From contig JAVKOQ020000015.1 of NCBI GenBank assembly GCA_031835245.2, positions 62,001 to 126,000 on the forward strand: 64,000 nt of DNA, given 5' to 3'. A model generated the notes under the pieces. That model made no database searches and was not told the origin of the DNA. It worked only from the letters and a program-made list of their open reading frames with translations. Both the position numbers and the translations under genes were made by a program. This DNA comes from Balamuthia mandrillaris (taxonomy: Eukaryota). Numbering within the stretch: the first letter of the stretch is position 1; each line of letters starts with the position of its first letter. Below, piece by piece: positions 38,539-51,265 of the stretch.

Positions 38539-38625
38539 CAAACATAAAAAATTTAAAAAAAAGAGTCTTTTGGAGGATCGAATCTGTTTTTTTGAGGAAA
38601 GAAAAAGAGAAAGAACGAGAGCTCT

Positions 38626-38954
38626 TCATTCCAAGTTCATGGAAGAAGAAGAACCACCACCGGAACTTTGCTTCTGTTTGGCGGCAGAGGGAGAGGCCTT
38701 GACCTTGACGGCCATCGGGGAGGTGGTCGCGGCAGTCCTGTTGGCAGCGAGGACGGCGGGGGAGGGCAGCAGCTCCCTTGACTTTTGCAAGTCCTTCAGC
38801 TGTGCCTTTAGTTCTTCCTGTTTCTTTCCCTTCATGCTGTTTGTTGTTGATGAGGAAGAGAGAGAGAGAGAGAGAAAGGAAGAGAGGGAGAAAGCAAGAA
38901 AGCAAAGAAAAAGGAGAGGGAGAGAGAAACGACAATAGAGAAGGAAAGAGAGAG

Positions 38955-38994
<40 letters not shown>

Positions 38995-39710
38995 AGAGAA
39001 AGAAAGGGAATGGCGAGGAAGAAAGAAAGGACGAGAAACAAGTAAAAGAAAGAGGTTAATACCGTTCGGAGGACAAAACATACACAAAAACAAAGAAAAC
39101 AAAGAAAACGGATAGGGAAAAAAAAAACACTACGTACTGATCTCTGTAGAAAGACTTCTGTCTTCTGTCCTTCACGTCCTGCACGACCTTCATGGCCTTG
39201 ACGGTGGTGGCCACCAAGTCGCGGTCGTACTTGACGGGTCTGTTTCTGCGCTTCTCAAACTCCAAAGTAGAGTCCTATGTATTTTTTTTTTTAGAAAAGA
39301 GAAAAGGAGAGAGAGAGAGAGAGAGAGAGATAGAAGAGAACAAAAAAAATCGTACCAAAACCATTTCTTTGCCAGCGGCCCTCCGGTAGGCCTTGGTCCA
39401 CCGCACTTTGCGGGGATTGCGCTTCATCTTAAAGTTCTTGTGACATTTGGAACGACAAAACCGGAAAACCTGTTTTGAAGGCCAAACAAACAAACAAACA
39501 AACAAAAAAAAGGGGATGAGTGAATGAAAGGAAACCAAAAAGAGCCTTTTGATTAGATTCCATTTAAATAGTTTGTCATCCAATTTCTTTTTCTTTAGCT
39601 GTGGTTGGTTGATGATGATTATTACGTGCCTTGCTGTCATTTCGAACAAAGGATATGCCATGTCCGGGATAGACCGGACCTCCGCAAAACCAACACTTTT
39701 CGATCCTCAT
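38626..39710 (-). CDS. RSL24D1: Ribosome biogenesis protein RSL24D1/Rlp24
   Basis: [56 protein letters not shown] and [14 protein letters not shown]. The first intron is GC-AG. Confidence 0.93.
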
Positions 39711-39961
39711 CTTCCCTCCCTCTCTCTTTCTCTTCGCTTAGCTTTTTCCCCCTTTTTTTTTTCTTTCTTTCTTTCTTCTATTTTTTTGATTTTCTTTTCT
39801 TTTTCTTCGGTTGATCGGAAATTACGCATGATCTCTTTATTCGATTTTATATTGGTTGGTTGTGATCTGATTCTTATGATTTCTAATTGGATAATTTTTT
39901 GAATTTTTATTGGATCGTCATTTCAGAACACATAATAATAAGAGCGATAAGACCAAAGAGA

Positions 39962-40752
39962 ATGAAAAGCAAGCAGAGAGGAGGGGAGGACGGGAGGTGC
40001 CCTGAGTATAGAATAGTGGTGTGTGGTGACCATGATACCGGCAAGAGCGCCATCTCAACACTATTCGTGCAGGGAAAGTTTCATGCTGAATATGACCCCA
40101 CCATTGAGGATTGTAAGTTTTATTCGCATTTGTTTCTTTTGTCTATCGTTTCCTTCTTTTCTTTCTCTTTCTCTTTCTTTCTTTTTCGTTGCTTCTATAC
40201 TTTCTGTTCTCACCACCGACATTGCAAACAATACCATAACCACAAACATCGAAAGCCTACAGAAAGAACTGTGAGGTTGATGGGGAGCAATGCATACTAG
40301 ACATAATGGACACAGCTGGGCAGGAGGAGTACAGCGCTTTACGGGATGAGTACCTCAAAACAGGGGACGGTTTTGTCCTGGTCTATGTTCCCACCGCTCC
40401 CTCGTCGTTTCGCTCCATCCAGCAACGGCATTACAAGCAGCTGAAAAAGTTCAAAGAGTACAATGAAGAAGAAAGACAACAACTACCTGTAGTGCTGGTG
40501 GCCAATGAATGGCGCTCAAGTAAGGACACCAAAGCAACAGAAGAAGGAGAAGAAAGAGTTTCGATGGAAGAAGCAATGGCGTTGGCTGAGCGGCTAGGCT
40601 TCGGCTTTGTGCAGGTGACCAACGAGGCAAAGTCTGCACAAGTGGCGGAGGTCTTCATGGAAGTGGCACGCAGGGTCAAAAAGTTTCGGGCCTCCTCCTC
40701 CTCCTCGCCTTCCTCTTCATCCTCCTCCAAAGAGAGATGTGTTATGTGTTGA
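39962..40752 (+). CDS. Ras-family small GTPase (divergent)
   Basis: GDHDTGKS, YDPTIEDSY, DTAGQEEY and CaaX CVMC. One intron. Confidence 0.88.
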
Positions 40753-40776
40753 TCATTTTTATGCACAACTAAACAG

Positions 40777-40955
40777 ATTGTCGTCATCGGGATTCGAACT
40801 TGTAATCTCTTAGAGGATGGAAAAATTAAGTCGTTGTCAGCGGGAGTCGAACTGCTGTTGCCGGTTCAAAAATATTGTCGTCATCCGGATTCGAACTTGT
40901 AATCGCAGTGCTGGAGATGAAAAAAGTCGTTGTCAGCGAGAGTCGAACTGGTGTT
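40777..40955 (-). repeat. 97-bp-period duplication carrying four tRNA T-arm/B-box-like motifs
   Basis: Minus strand reads GTTCGACTCTC, GTTCGAATCCG, GTTCGACTCCC and GTTCGAATCCC. I found no A-box or full cloverleaf. Confidence 0.7.
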
Positions 40956-40977
40956 CTTCCACAACGAACACAAAAAG

Positions 40978-41783
40978 ATGATGCCAAGAAGAAGGGAGGA
41001 GGCAAGTCCGAGCGAGGTGGAGGAAGACTTTAATCACAAAGAAACGGACGAAGACGACTACGACTACGACTACGAAGAAGAAGCACAAGCACAAGCACAA
41101 CTCAAGCGCCATCCACGCCACCAACGCAAATCACCCTACACCTCCTACAAATGCCTGAAAAAGAAGGAGCGCCGCGCCCTCCTCCAGGAGATCACCGTCC
41201 AACATCGCGCCATCCACCAATGGGCCAACATGGGCTTCTGCACCGTCATATGGCTGAGCTCCCTCGCCTTCACGCTCCTCCTCTTCCTGCTCCTCCGCTT
41301 TTGGCTGCCGCGGACCAAGCTGGAGCGCTACCCCTTTTGGTTCATGCTCTGCCTCAACGGGCTTTGCGCCCTCTCCGGCCTGCTCAGCGCGGCCTTCTCC
41401 CTGTGGCTGCAGAGAAACCCGGAAAAGACCCTCACCAACCTCATCAAAGGGGCCGACCGGCTGATCATATGGCGGAGAGGGGACTATTACTCTGCTTGTG
41501 ACCAAGACCGCCGTGCTCCATTGCGTGCTCATGGTGGCAGCGGTGGAGGGGAAGAAGAGGAAGAGAGAGAGCAGGAGAAGGGGAAGGAGAAGACAAAGAA
41601 GGGAGGAGGAAGGGGCGGTGGTGGTGGTGGCAGCAGTGGCGGTGGCGCGATGGATCAGTGGCGACGGTTTTGCAGGAGGGAGTGGAGCGTGTTGTCGCCG
41701 TGCGGCCGGCAGATGAGGAGAGGGCTGCGCGTTTTCTTGCCGGGGCTCACCGTTGCTTTGATTCATACCTTTCTCTTTGGTTT

Positions 41784-41825
<42 letters not shown>

Positions 41826-42675
41826 GCTTCTCTGCTTCTCTGCTTCTCTGCTTCTCTGCTTCTCTGCTTCTCTGCTTCTCTGCTTCTCTGCTTCTCTGCT
41901 TCTCTTCTCCTTAGCTCCTCTCAATTTTTTTTCTTCTTCCATTTACTCTTTGCTTTCCTGCTGAACAGGTTCTTTGACCATGCTGTTCCACTTTCAGTTG
42001 GAGGACAACCGAAAGAAGATCAGCTTGGTGGTATTGACCGGAGTGTTGCACCCTCCGTTGATCACCTTCTTCTTGGCGTACACCTTTCACACTTATCTCC
42101 TCTCGAAGCTCTGCCAAGCGGCCAACTCGCCAGCCGTACCTTTCTCCGTCATCTTCGCCAAAGGTGGATTCGTCTTTGGTCCTTTTCACTATTCCGTTCC
42201 TCCTTCTTCGATGGTAGACATGGCATCATCGATGCTGTCCCCTTCTTCCTCTGCTTCTTCTTCATCCTCGGCGGTGCTTACTTCTTCTGCGATAAAGTTG
42301 CCTCCTTTAACGTGGAAGTTACAAAAAGTGGAATCCGTTATTGTACCTTCCTCATCCTCTTCGTCTTCCTCTTCTTCTATGTATTCACTTCCTCGTGCTA
42401 TGAAAGAGAAAGGACACGATTACTCGGTTGTAAAGAACAACATCGATGAAGAAGAACAAAGCATCTCGGAGCACAACGAGAGAGATGAGCGACAAGAAGT
42501 AGAGGGAAAAGTGTTGCAGGAAAGGGAATTGCGGCTCACCTTCACCTTGGATTACTTGTGCAAACGATTACGAAGAGATGTACACGTACCAATTCCTCCC
42601 GGCCGGGAGAAGGACGTGCCCAAGATTCGCGCGTTGCTGCTCGGCTCTTCTTCCATCGAAGACGAACTCGCATAG
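40978..42675 (+). CDS. Uncharacterised multi-pass membrane protein
   Basis: Two exons joined by a CT-rich intron at about 41780-41968, with several hydrophobic helices. Confidence 0.6.
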
Positions 42676-42754
42676 GGAACTACTTTTGTTACAACAACAG
42701 AAAGCGGAGAAGGAAAGAAAGAAAGAAAGAAAGAAAGAAAGAGAAGAAAAGGTT

Positions 42755-45591
42755 TCAAAGAACGCCACATAAGACCTTCTTCCCAAAGAAGCAGAAATCT
42801 CCATCACCACAGTAATTGCTGAGAAGGTACGTTGCTGTGCCGCAGTCTTTTGGCGTTGCTTCACAAAATGGAGCATCTCCCTTCCAAAAGTAACTTTTGT
42901 AGGGCAGAACGGTGGTTGAACACAACGCTTTCTTTCCATCAACGCAGGAAGAGCTATCTCCGCAGGTGGATGTTGTGACGAAGACGAGCCCGCGTGGATC
43001 TTCCTCGCAGACGGCTTTTATATTGGATTCTAAAGGTTTTTTTTCTCAGTTGACGTTTTTCAGCAAGAGAAGAGGGGAGGAAGGAGAGAAGAGAGCAGAG
43101 GTGAAGATCACGTACTTGTACAAACAGGAGACCACACAAAGGCAGGCGTTCCAACACAAACCCCAGCGCTGCAGTTGTGAGAGCCACATTCTTCGTTATA
43201 GGTACAGTGAGTGCCGATGGGCTGACCCACGCATTTGAAATTCCTGCACTTGCCACTCCAACATTGACTGTCCACTCCGCAAGCATCTCCTATTTGCTCT
43301 CTCTTGGTGAATAACAGAAGAAGAGAAAGACAGAGTATCAAGCGAAAGAACAGAAAAAAGCGAACCAGCAGCGCGTGGCTCATCCGTCAAACAAATATTC
43401 CTCGCAGGACTGCAGATGCCATAGAAGCACCCCGCATTGGAACTGCAGTTCTGGCCGGGTTGTCCCTTTATCTGCCGACACCGCTGGCAGGTCAAAGGGC
43501 ATAACTCGTTGGCCACTTTTTTGTTGGCACACTTTCCGTTATGTTGCAGCTGTTTGCACTTGTGTTGGCTGTAGTCTGGTTGATCGTAGCATTGAGCCCA
43601 GTTCAGCATTCGTGCTCTGTTGGTTTTGTTCGTTTTGAGTGATCAGTTGAGAAGAAGAAAAGAGAAAAGGGATAAGAGAAAACAAATCCAACAGACAGAG
43701 AGAGGGAGAGAGAGAGGAAAGTACCTATCGAGAGTATCGGTTTCTTCGTAAAAGTCAGTCATGAGGAGATTGATTTTGTATTGACGCATCTCCTCCACAA
43801 ATCCGTTCAAGTGGACGTTGCACAAGCGAGACAGGTCGTGTAGGCTCGATATAGCAGCACCTGGCACCAATCCATCTAATATGGAATCGGCCGTTGCTGT
43901 TATTGTGGAGAGCGAAGAGAAGAGAAGAGAGAGGGTAATTAGGTGTTTCTTGAAGAGAAAAGGTGGAGGAGAAGAAAAATACAAAAAGATCACTCACCAG
44001 TGAGAACCCATTGAAGCTTAAAAATGGCATCAGGATTGCCAGTTTGTGTCCTAACTGCCTTCGTTTCCACAGCATGCATCTATCATATGTATGAATGTTA
44101 AACTGGCCATGAATCATGACAAGGACGCAACGAATAAACACAGAAAACTCAAACTCTCCTTTAGGAAAGGAATAAATCTTACGTAAGGATATTTGTCGGT
44201 GTTTGCCCACGTGCTCAGCAAGTCCTCCCTACTAAACCAAAAGTTGGTGTTGTTGGCAACAGCAGCGGAATCATCATAGAAAGCCATTATCCTCTTGCCC
44301 TGTTGAATCATGACAGAGTAGCGGCGATCGCCAAAGGACGTTGTGCGAGGCAATAGGTAGTCTCCAAGAAAGCTTTCGATAAAGGCGATGAGCTTGTTGT
44401 GCAAGTCCGCGTTCATACCAGGAAAGTCTGCAGGCGAGAGAGACCACAAACAAAAGACAAAAGCAGATCAACACACAAACGAAGAGAGCAACAAGAACAA
44501 CAATAAAACAGAAGATATACCTCCAAACTGCAGAATAAGAACCTCTTCCTTGAACTCCTCCATAAACCTCGCTATATCCTGCAAGATAACCTCTGTCGGG
44601 TTTCCCAGCAAGAAATGCAACGTCTTGAACTGTCCGCTCGCCGCATCCCAACACACTCTTATGTCCAAGAAGCGAACGCCAGCAAGGAGCTGCTGATAGA
44701 TATCAAGCCGCTGCGACTGCGCCCAATGCCGTATGATGCTCTCCGGATAGAAGATGCCCTCTCGCTGCAAATAGTCCAACAGTTGGCGCAACCAGTCGGG
44801 CGTACCGGGCGCTATTTGATCGTAGAGTTGGTAGGCCCCGCTGTCATGAGTTCCTGGAATCACCATCTCTATATATTTTGTAAACGTAAGCAAACATGAA
44901 AAGACAACATAGCGCAAGTAGCAAGAGAGAAGAAGAAGAAGAACACGAAGACGACGACGACGACGAAGAAGAAGAACAAGGACAAGGACAAGGACAAGGA
45001 CAAGGACAAGGACAAGGACAAGGACAAGGACAAGGACAAGGACAAGAAGAAGAAGAAGAAGAACAAGAACAAGAAGAACACGAAGAAGAAGAACAACAAC
45101 AAGAAGAATGAGATAACGAACAAGAGCACGTATGAAAGCGAAAACGAAATAAAACATAAAGTTGTTTCAACAAAAATAACCAACACGCAAACTACTACAA
45201 CAAAACAAGTGTCGATCAAAAAAAAAGTAGCGAGAGAGACAGATCAGCTGATCGTTTTCTTCATCGCTGCTGCCGTCAAACCGGAAAAACAAAAAAACGT
45301 ACGAGAGAGCGTCATGTTCGCCAGCGCTTTCTTCATCTGTTGCATCCAATAGGCAGAGGAAGGGACACTGCCGTTGCTGTAGTGAGGGCTGTGCTTGAAG
45401 AGCGGCGCCCGTGGTCGCTCAGCGCCAAAGCGGTCAACATTGATATTGCTCGCCGTGAGAGGAGCGTCGTTGATGAGGGTGGCGACGGTCCGGCCTGCCG
45501 CAAGGTGGTAGCGCAACTCGAAGCCACCCACAACCACAACAACCACAACAAAGAGCACCGACCCCATCCACCTCACCGCGTTGGCACTCAT
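42755..45591 (-). CDS. Secreted PI-PLC X-domain protein with ShKT and Cys-rich C-terminal modules
   Basis: Signal peptide, IPGTHDSGAY, QQLLAGVRFLDIR. ShKT-like CYDQPDYSQHKC...C...LCPLTCQRC, followed by GxxCxxxxxCxSGxC repeats and CGDxxxCxxGKKxLC modules. Confidence 0.8.
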
Positions 45592-45868
45592 GATTGCTGC
45601 TACCCTATTCCAAAACGATGAGCTGAAAAAGAAAGAGAGAGAGAGAGAGAGAGAGAGGAGGGAGATACCTGTTTGTTGGTTGAACGAGCGTTTGAAAGAA
45701 AGCAGAGGAGGAAGAACACCAAAAACAAAAAAGACTAGTACAAGGACTATGCAGTGCGTAGTATTGGAAAGGTCGGTCCCTGTTTCCCACCGCCACCACA
45801 CTACCTTTCGGCCGTCCTGCTCCGCGAATTTCTCTCTCCTCTCCTCTCGTGTCGACAAAAAAGAGCGG

Positions 45869-46053
45869 GTTTGTTCTCCACGGGAGTCGATCGCGCGCAT
45901 AAATTCCTTATATAGGATATCATGCTAATTAATCATTGAAGGTCCGATCAATCGATTCTTTTTATCGATTAACTTCCTGTTTTATCGATAAAAAAACGAG
46001 GAAGTTTGTTGTCCACGGGAGTCGATCGCGCGCATAAAATCCTTATATAGGAT
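45869..46053. repeat. About 50-bp direct repeat (135-bp spacing) with TATA-like core
   Basis: GTTTGTTsTCCACGGGAGTCGATCGCGCGCATAAAwTCCTTATATAGGAT at 45869 and 46004. Confidence 0.8.
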
Positions 46054-46125
46054 GATTAATTAATGTTAATTAATTTTTAACCGGATTGGACCAATCTATT
46101 TTTTTAAAACCGAATATTTAAAACC

Positions 46126-46500
46126 GTGGGGCTGTGTGTAACTGGCGGTGGTTTCTTTCCTTTTTGGAAAGCATGTGGGCTCCAGCCAGCAACGGACAGT
46201 AACCTGGTCAAGTGGTTGCACGCAAACAGATGCCCTTGGAAGAGGAGACTACTGCAGCTGCAAGGAACGAGGCCAGCTGGATGGGTTGAAGTGGCTCCGC
46301 GAGAAGGGACGCCCTCGCAACAAAGGCAACTATCACGTCCGCAACAAACCATGTGCTGTGGTGATGTGGGTAATGGCTGTAATGGCTGCCCACAGAGGTT
46401 GCTTTTGGAGGCTGCACGAGAGTTGGTGCCGTTGGGATGAGGTAGAAAGTCTCTTCGTTTTGAAAACCATTGGGATACGCATGAGTGGCTTTATGAGCAT
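46126..46500 (+). pseudogene. Degenerate GCPW-type ankyrin gene
   Basis: NLVKWLHANRCPW, ERGQLDGLKWLREKG and WRLHESWCRWDE lie in different frames. Confidence 0.7.
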
Positions 46501-46755
46501 GGCTGTTCAACGGAGGGCTGGAACAGCATTTCATAGGAACAGAAAATAAAATATTTCCAATAAAAGCAGAGAAGACAAGAAAAAAAAATGTAAGCAAGAC
46601 CGAAACGCAAGAGAACCAAAGACGAGGAAGACGACCGCTTGGATTTCCCAAATAAAAGACAAACAGACTGCACAGAACAACCGGCAGACCAAACCGGCGC
46701 GTTCAGCGCTGCTGAAGCGAGCACTTCTGCCGACCGTCCTCGACGCTCCTGTCTG

Positions 46756-47951
46756 ATGCAAGCGCTCCTGCCAACCGAAATGCTGGCATACATCTTGGAC
46801 ATGCTTACCAACGGTATGGTGGCTGTAGCTTCCAGGACCTGTCGCTGGAGGTTTGTCTCCTCTCCTCCCCACCTTCGGCACAAACAATCGGTGGGCTTGA
46901 TGGTCAGCTATAGGAAGCTATTGCAGTGGGCCTTGCAGAACGGCTACAAGACGGACGAGAAGACCTGCGCCAAGGCCGCGGAACGAGGCCAGCTGGATGT
47001 GTTAAAGTGGCTGCGAGAGCAAGGTTGCCCTTGGGATTACACAACTTGCAGCAGCGCGGCCGAAGGAGGTCATTTGGCGGTCTTGCAATGGGCTCTTGAA
47101 AACCAAAGTCCTTGGAATAGTTATAAAGTTAGCAGAAGCGCGGCACGCCAGGGTCATCTGCACATCCTGAGGTGGATGAAGGCTCACAACCACTTTCCCG
47201 ACCGAGTAAACAACGGATTCATAGATTCTGCAGCTGCTGGCGGACACCTCGAAGTGCTACAGTGGGGGTTGGAGAACAGCTTCTTTAGTTCGTTTTCCTT
47301 ACCTTTGGTGGGTTCGGGCTTATGCAACGCCGCAGCTGCTGGCGGACACCTCGAAGTACTGCAGTGGGGAATTGACAACGGCTGCTTATTAACGCACGAG
47401 GCCATCGTCGCTGCGGTCACTCATGGACATCTGGAAGTGGCAAAATGGTTGCACATGAACGGGTGTACTTTAGAGGTGGAGGCCTTCACCGAAGCAGCCG
47501 CACTGGGAAACATAGAGATGTTGCGATGGCTGTTGGAGAGTGGTTGTCCATGGGACGAAAGTTGCTGTGCCAGCGCCGCGAACTTAGATGTGCTCATGTG
47601 GCTTCGGGAGAATGGCTGCCCTTGGGACAAAGAAACTGTGAAAATGCAGCGCTGATAGGAGATATGGAGATGTTGACCTGGGCACATTCGAACGGGTGTC
47701 CATGGGACGAGGTAACATGCGCTGATGCGGCAAGAGGAGGGCACTTGGAAACGTTAAAATGGTTGCGTGAAAAAGGGTGCCCTTGGGATGCGAGAACCTG
47801 CTCGGAGGGGGCAGCCGAGGGTCACCTAGAACTGGTGGCGTGGGCTCATGGACATGGTTGTCCTTGGACTCCAGGAATTGAACGTGATTATGAATGGTCC
47901 CTAGAGAATGCCTATCAGAAGAGGAGAAGAGAACGGAAAAAATCAGGATAG
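46756..47951 (+). CDS. F-box-like plus GCPWD ankyrin repeat protein, intronless, with a 1-nt frameshift at about 47638
   Basis: LPTEMLAYIL...SRTCRW and repeated AAxxGHLEVLxW...GCPWD. The last repeats continue in another frame. Confidence 0.8.
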
Positions 47952-47968
47952 GACAAAAAATATTATTT

Positions 47969-50900
47969 TTACATTGACTCAGTGTTGGCAGAAGAAAGAC
48001 CGGACGCCATCAACCGCTCTATCGAATCCTCTATGACAAGCAGTTGAGTAGGAGCTCCTAGCTTCAACGCCACTTTACAGTCCTTCAACGCCAGCGACCA
48101 TCTTCCCAACTGCATCAAAGCCAATGCCCTTCTGACGTATCCCTGAGACCATGTGGGAGCCATCGCCACGACCTTTTCCGCGTCGCTCAATGCGCGCTCG
48201 TGCATGCGAAGCTTTCCATAGGCAGCAGCACGGCGAGAGTAGAGGTAGGGTACGCTGGGATCGGTATGAATGGCCAGTGTGTAGAATTGCAGGGCGGAGG
48301 AATAGTCTTTATGCTGATAGCTTTCATTGCCGTTGCTGAGAAATTCTCGAATGCTGTCTCCTCTTTCTTGTTGTCCTTTTGGGAGGAAGAGAGAATGAAG
48401 AGAGGAGAATGAAGTGAGAAGATGAGAGAGAGAAAGAATGAGAGATAGGAGAGAAAGAATGAGTGTCACAAACCTGGAGAGAGAGTAAGACACAACCGAT
48501 AGGTTTCATCGGTGAAGGCAGATGGGAACTGGGCCATAAAAGTCAACGGCAACGTATGTCCTCTGTTGGCTTTCTCGTCTTCCGTTTCTCTTTCAGTCGT
48601 CAAACCGCCTTCCCACAAGATCTGCGTTAAAGCTGTCGACGCTCTTCCTTGTCCTTCTTTTTCTTTTTGCTTCTCATCTGCAACACAAAGCAGAGATGGA
48701 AACTCGCACTTGAGCAATTGCGTCCAAAGTTGCTGTAACGTTCGATTGTTCTTACGAATGGCGACATTGGCTTCTTTCTCCCCATCTCGAACCCTAATAT
48801 TGATACAAAAACCGTGGTTCTCTTTCTCTGAACTGCTTGTCTCGTCTTCTTCCGAGTCAGCTCCTTTCGTGCTTGGCATTTCCCAAAGTTCAAACATGTT
48901 CATCTTCATCTTTACAAACTGAGATGAGTATTGCGAGAGTCGTCTCGTGCGTTTGTTCCAATTAGCTCCTTCCAGTCCTTCTTCTGCTTCGAGCAAAGAG
49001 GAAAGGTTCTGTTCTCCTTTGACCAGGTCGTACCACTCGTCGATTCTCTCTTTTACGCTCTTTCGTTTTTCTTTGTTCTCCTTGGCTCTCGTCTTGTCAT
49101 CACGTTTTGCTTGCGCTTCCTTCTCTGATATCTTCTCCTCCTGGTCTGCCGATTCGTCTTCAGTCTCTTCTTCTTCCTCAAAACATCCGTTCTTGTCTTT
49201 GAATTGGCTGCTTATCATCTTGTGACAGAGTTCTGGTTCCGTGAGACACTCCATCATCTCTCTATCTCTTTCCATTACCTTCTGTTCATACTTGCTGCTT
49301 CGTCTCCGTTGTCTCAATACTTCATCTTCCCCTTGTCCTTCTCTCTTCGTTGGATGTATTCCAAAATGGTGTTCTCCTTCGCTGCTGCTGAAAGACTCTC
49401 CTTCTTCCCTTTCAGCAAATGAAACAGAGGAGGAAGAGGTGGCAGAAGGTGAAGCAAAAGCGGACTGAAGGGTTGCTCCTTTTGAATCTTTGTTGGCTCT
49501 TCCTTTCTTTCGAAGTGTGTTTCGCCCTAACAACTTTTTTGCCGGCGTGCTTAAGCGCTTTACAGTATTGTTCGAAGAGAAGCGGTGCAGCAGAGAAGAG
49601 TTCGGATCTATATCGGAAGAAGGAGAGGAAGAAAGAACGGAAGTGGGAGGAGAACCGGATGGTGAAGAAGAAGTAGAAGAAGAGAATGCTTCAGCATCGT
49701 TATTGGTGCTGAGCGTTTGGGAGTGGAGTTGGATGAGAGTTTTGCTGGAGACCGTGGTTGTGGCGGACTTGCGGTGTCCTGGCCTTACTCCCGATGAGGA
49801 CTTGCGTTTGATGGCCATCGCTTGACTTTTTGCTTCTTTGTCTTTTAGAGTGGTTGTTGAGGAAGGTGATGGTGATGAAACATTCGTTGCATTTGACTCT
49901 TCTATTGTAGGTTTGTTTGTTTGGTTTCAAATGAAAGTCAGAAGAAGGAAGCTTAAGAGAAGAGCGAGAGAGAGAGAGAGAGAGAGAGAGCGCGCAGAAA
50001 GCAGAGAGAGGAAGGGATACCAGAGGTAGGAGGAGCATCTTTGGGAGAGCGCCAGTCAGAGATTCTTTGTTTGATGTTACTCACGCTGAACGTCCGAAAG
50101 AAGTCTTTCTTGTCATCCTCCTGCCCGTCTTTCTTGTCTGGTTCGTTAGAGTCTCTAGGAAGTTCTTTAACGGCCTTTGCGTCTTCATCACTTCTCGCTT
50201 GTTCCGATGCTGAACTTGGTTTATCTTTTTCTTTTTCTTTCTCTGTTGTTGTTGTTGTTGTTGTTCCATCTTTTCTTGGAGAGAGTGCGCTGAGCAGCAG
50301 TGGAGGGCTTGAGTCATGCCTAGGTCTAGCTTTTGGTTTTTGTGGTTGCTGCTGTTCGCTTTCGGATGTTTGTGGCTCTTTCGGGGTTGCGGTTGTCTCT
50401 TCTTCTGCTTCGCTCCTGTTTGTTGCGTCAAAACACTGTTTAGAAAGAAAGAAAGAAGGAAGGAAGGAAGAAGAACAACGAACCCAAGCAGAGAGTCACT
50501 GCTCAACTGCAGACGAAGGTAAGCATGACTGCGTTGCCCACGCGGTGTTTTGCTCCGCTTTCTCATCGCTTCAGCGTGCGTCTTTCTTCCTCTCGTTGGA
50601 GAGGTGGTCGTCGCTCCATTTTCTCCCCCTTCTTCTGCTCCTTCGTTTTCCTCTCCTTCTTCCTCTTCCTCTTCCAACAAAGGAGGAGGGACTTGCAGCC
50701 ACGTTCCATCAAACGATCTTCTGCGAAGCCCGGAGGGGGAAGCGCCACCCTTTCCCTCCTCCTCTCCCTCGTTCCTTCCTCCTTGCAATGCCTCATTCTC
50801 GTCATCGGGTTTTTTGCCCCAACCGCTCATCCTCTCCCTCCACTTCCTCCGCAACGTTCCTCCGCTGCTCAGCTGCGACTTTGTGGTGTTGCTGCTCCCC

Positions 50901-51265
50901 GTTTTTTTGCTTTGTGGGGTGGTGGTGCTTGCGGTGTTGATGGAGGAGGAGGAATCTTTGTCATGTTGCGTTACATTGGTCGTCGTCAAACTGTCGTTCG
51001 TTTCACCGAGGGAGACATCTTTCCTTCGAATAAAGAAGCTTCTTCGCTTCTTTGCGTTGCTGTTGTTGGGCGAAAGGTGTTCCCCTCTTCTCCTTGGGTC
51101 GTTTGGTTCTTCAATAACTAAAGCGGTTGCGGACGAAGAAGCAGAAGAGGAGGGCAATGTATCGGCATCTTTGGCCGTTTTGCTCTTTCTCCTCTCTTTT
51201 TTGTTCTCCTCTTTGGCCACAGTTTTGACCCCTTCGGCGCTCTTGCGGAGAAGCTTTCTCTCCAT
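47969..51265 (-). CDS. Large low-complexity protein with C-terminal TPR triplet
   Basis: GNESYQHKDYSSALQFYTLAI, YSRRAAAY and GYVRRALAL. Four long ORFs are linked by CT-rich introns. Confidence 0.7.

Noticed and set aside
39647..39656. ATATCCTTT on the minus strand as a second U12 donor
   Set aside because: It encodes GISF inside the conserved RSL24D1 exon, and splicing there would delete conserved residues.
40777..40955. CRISPR array or complete tRNA genes
   Set aside because: Eukaryotic context, no cas genes, and only two alternating units. No D-arm or anticodon arm was found.
49900..50020. GTATCCCTT donor in the TPR gene as a U12 GT-AG intron
   Set aside because: The consensus is imperfect and there is no TCCTTRAC branch site near the acceptor.
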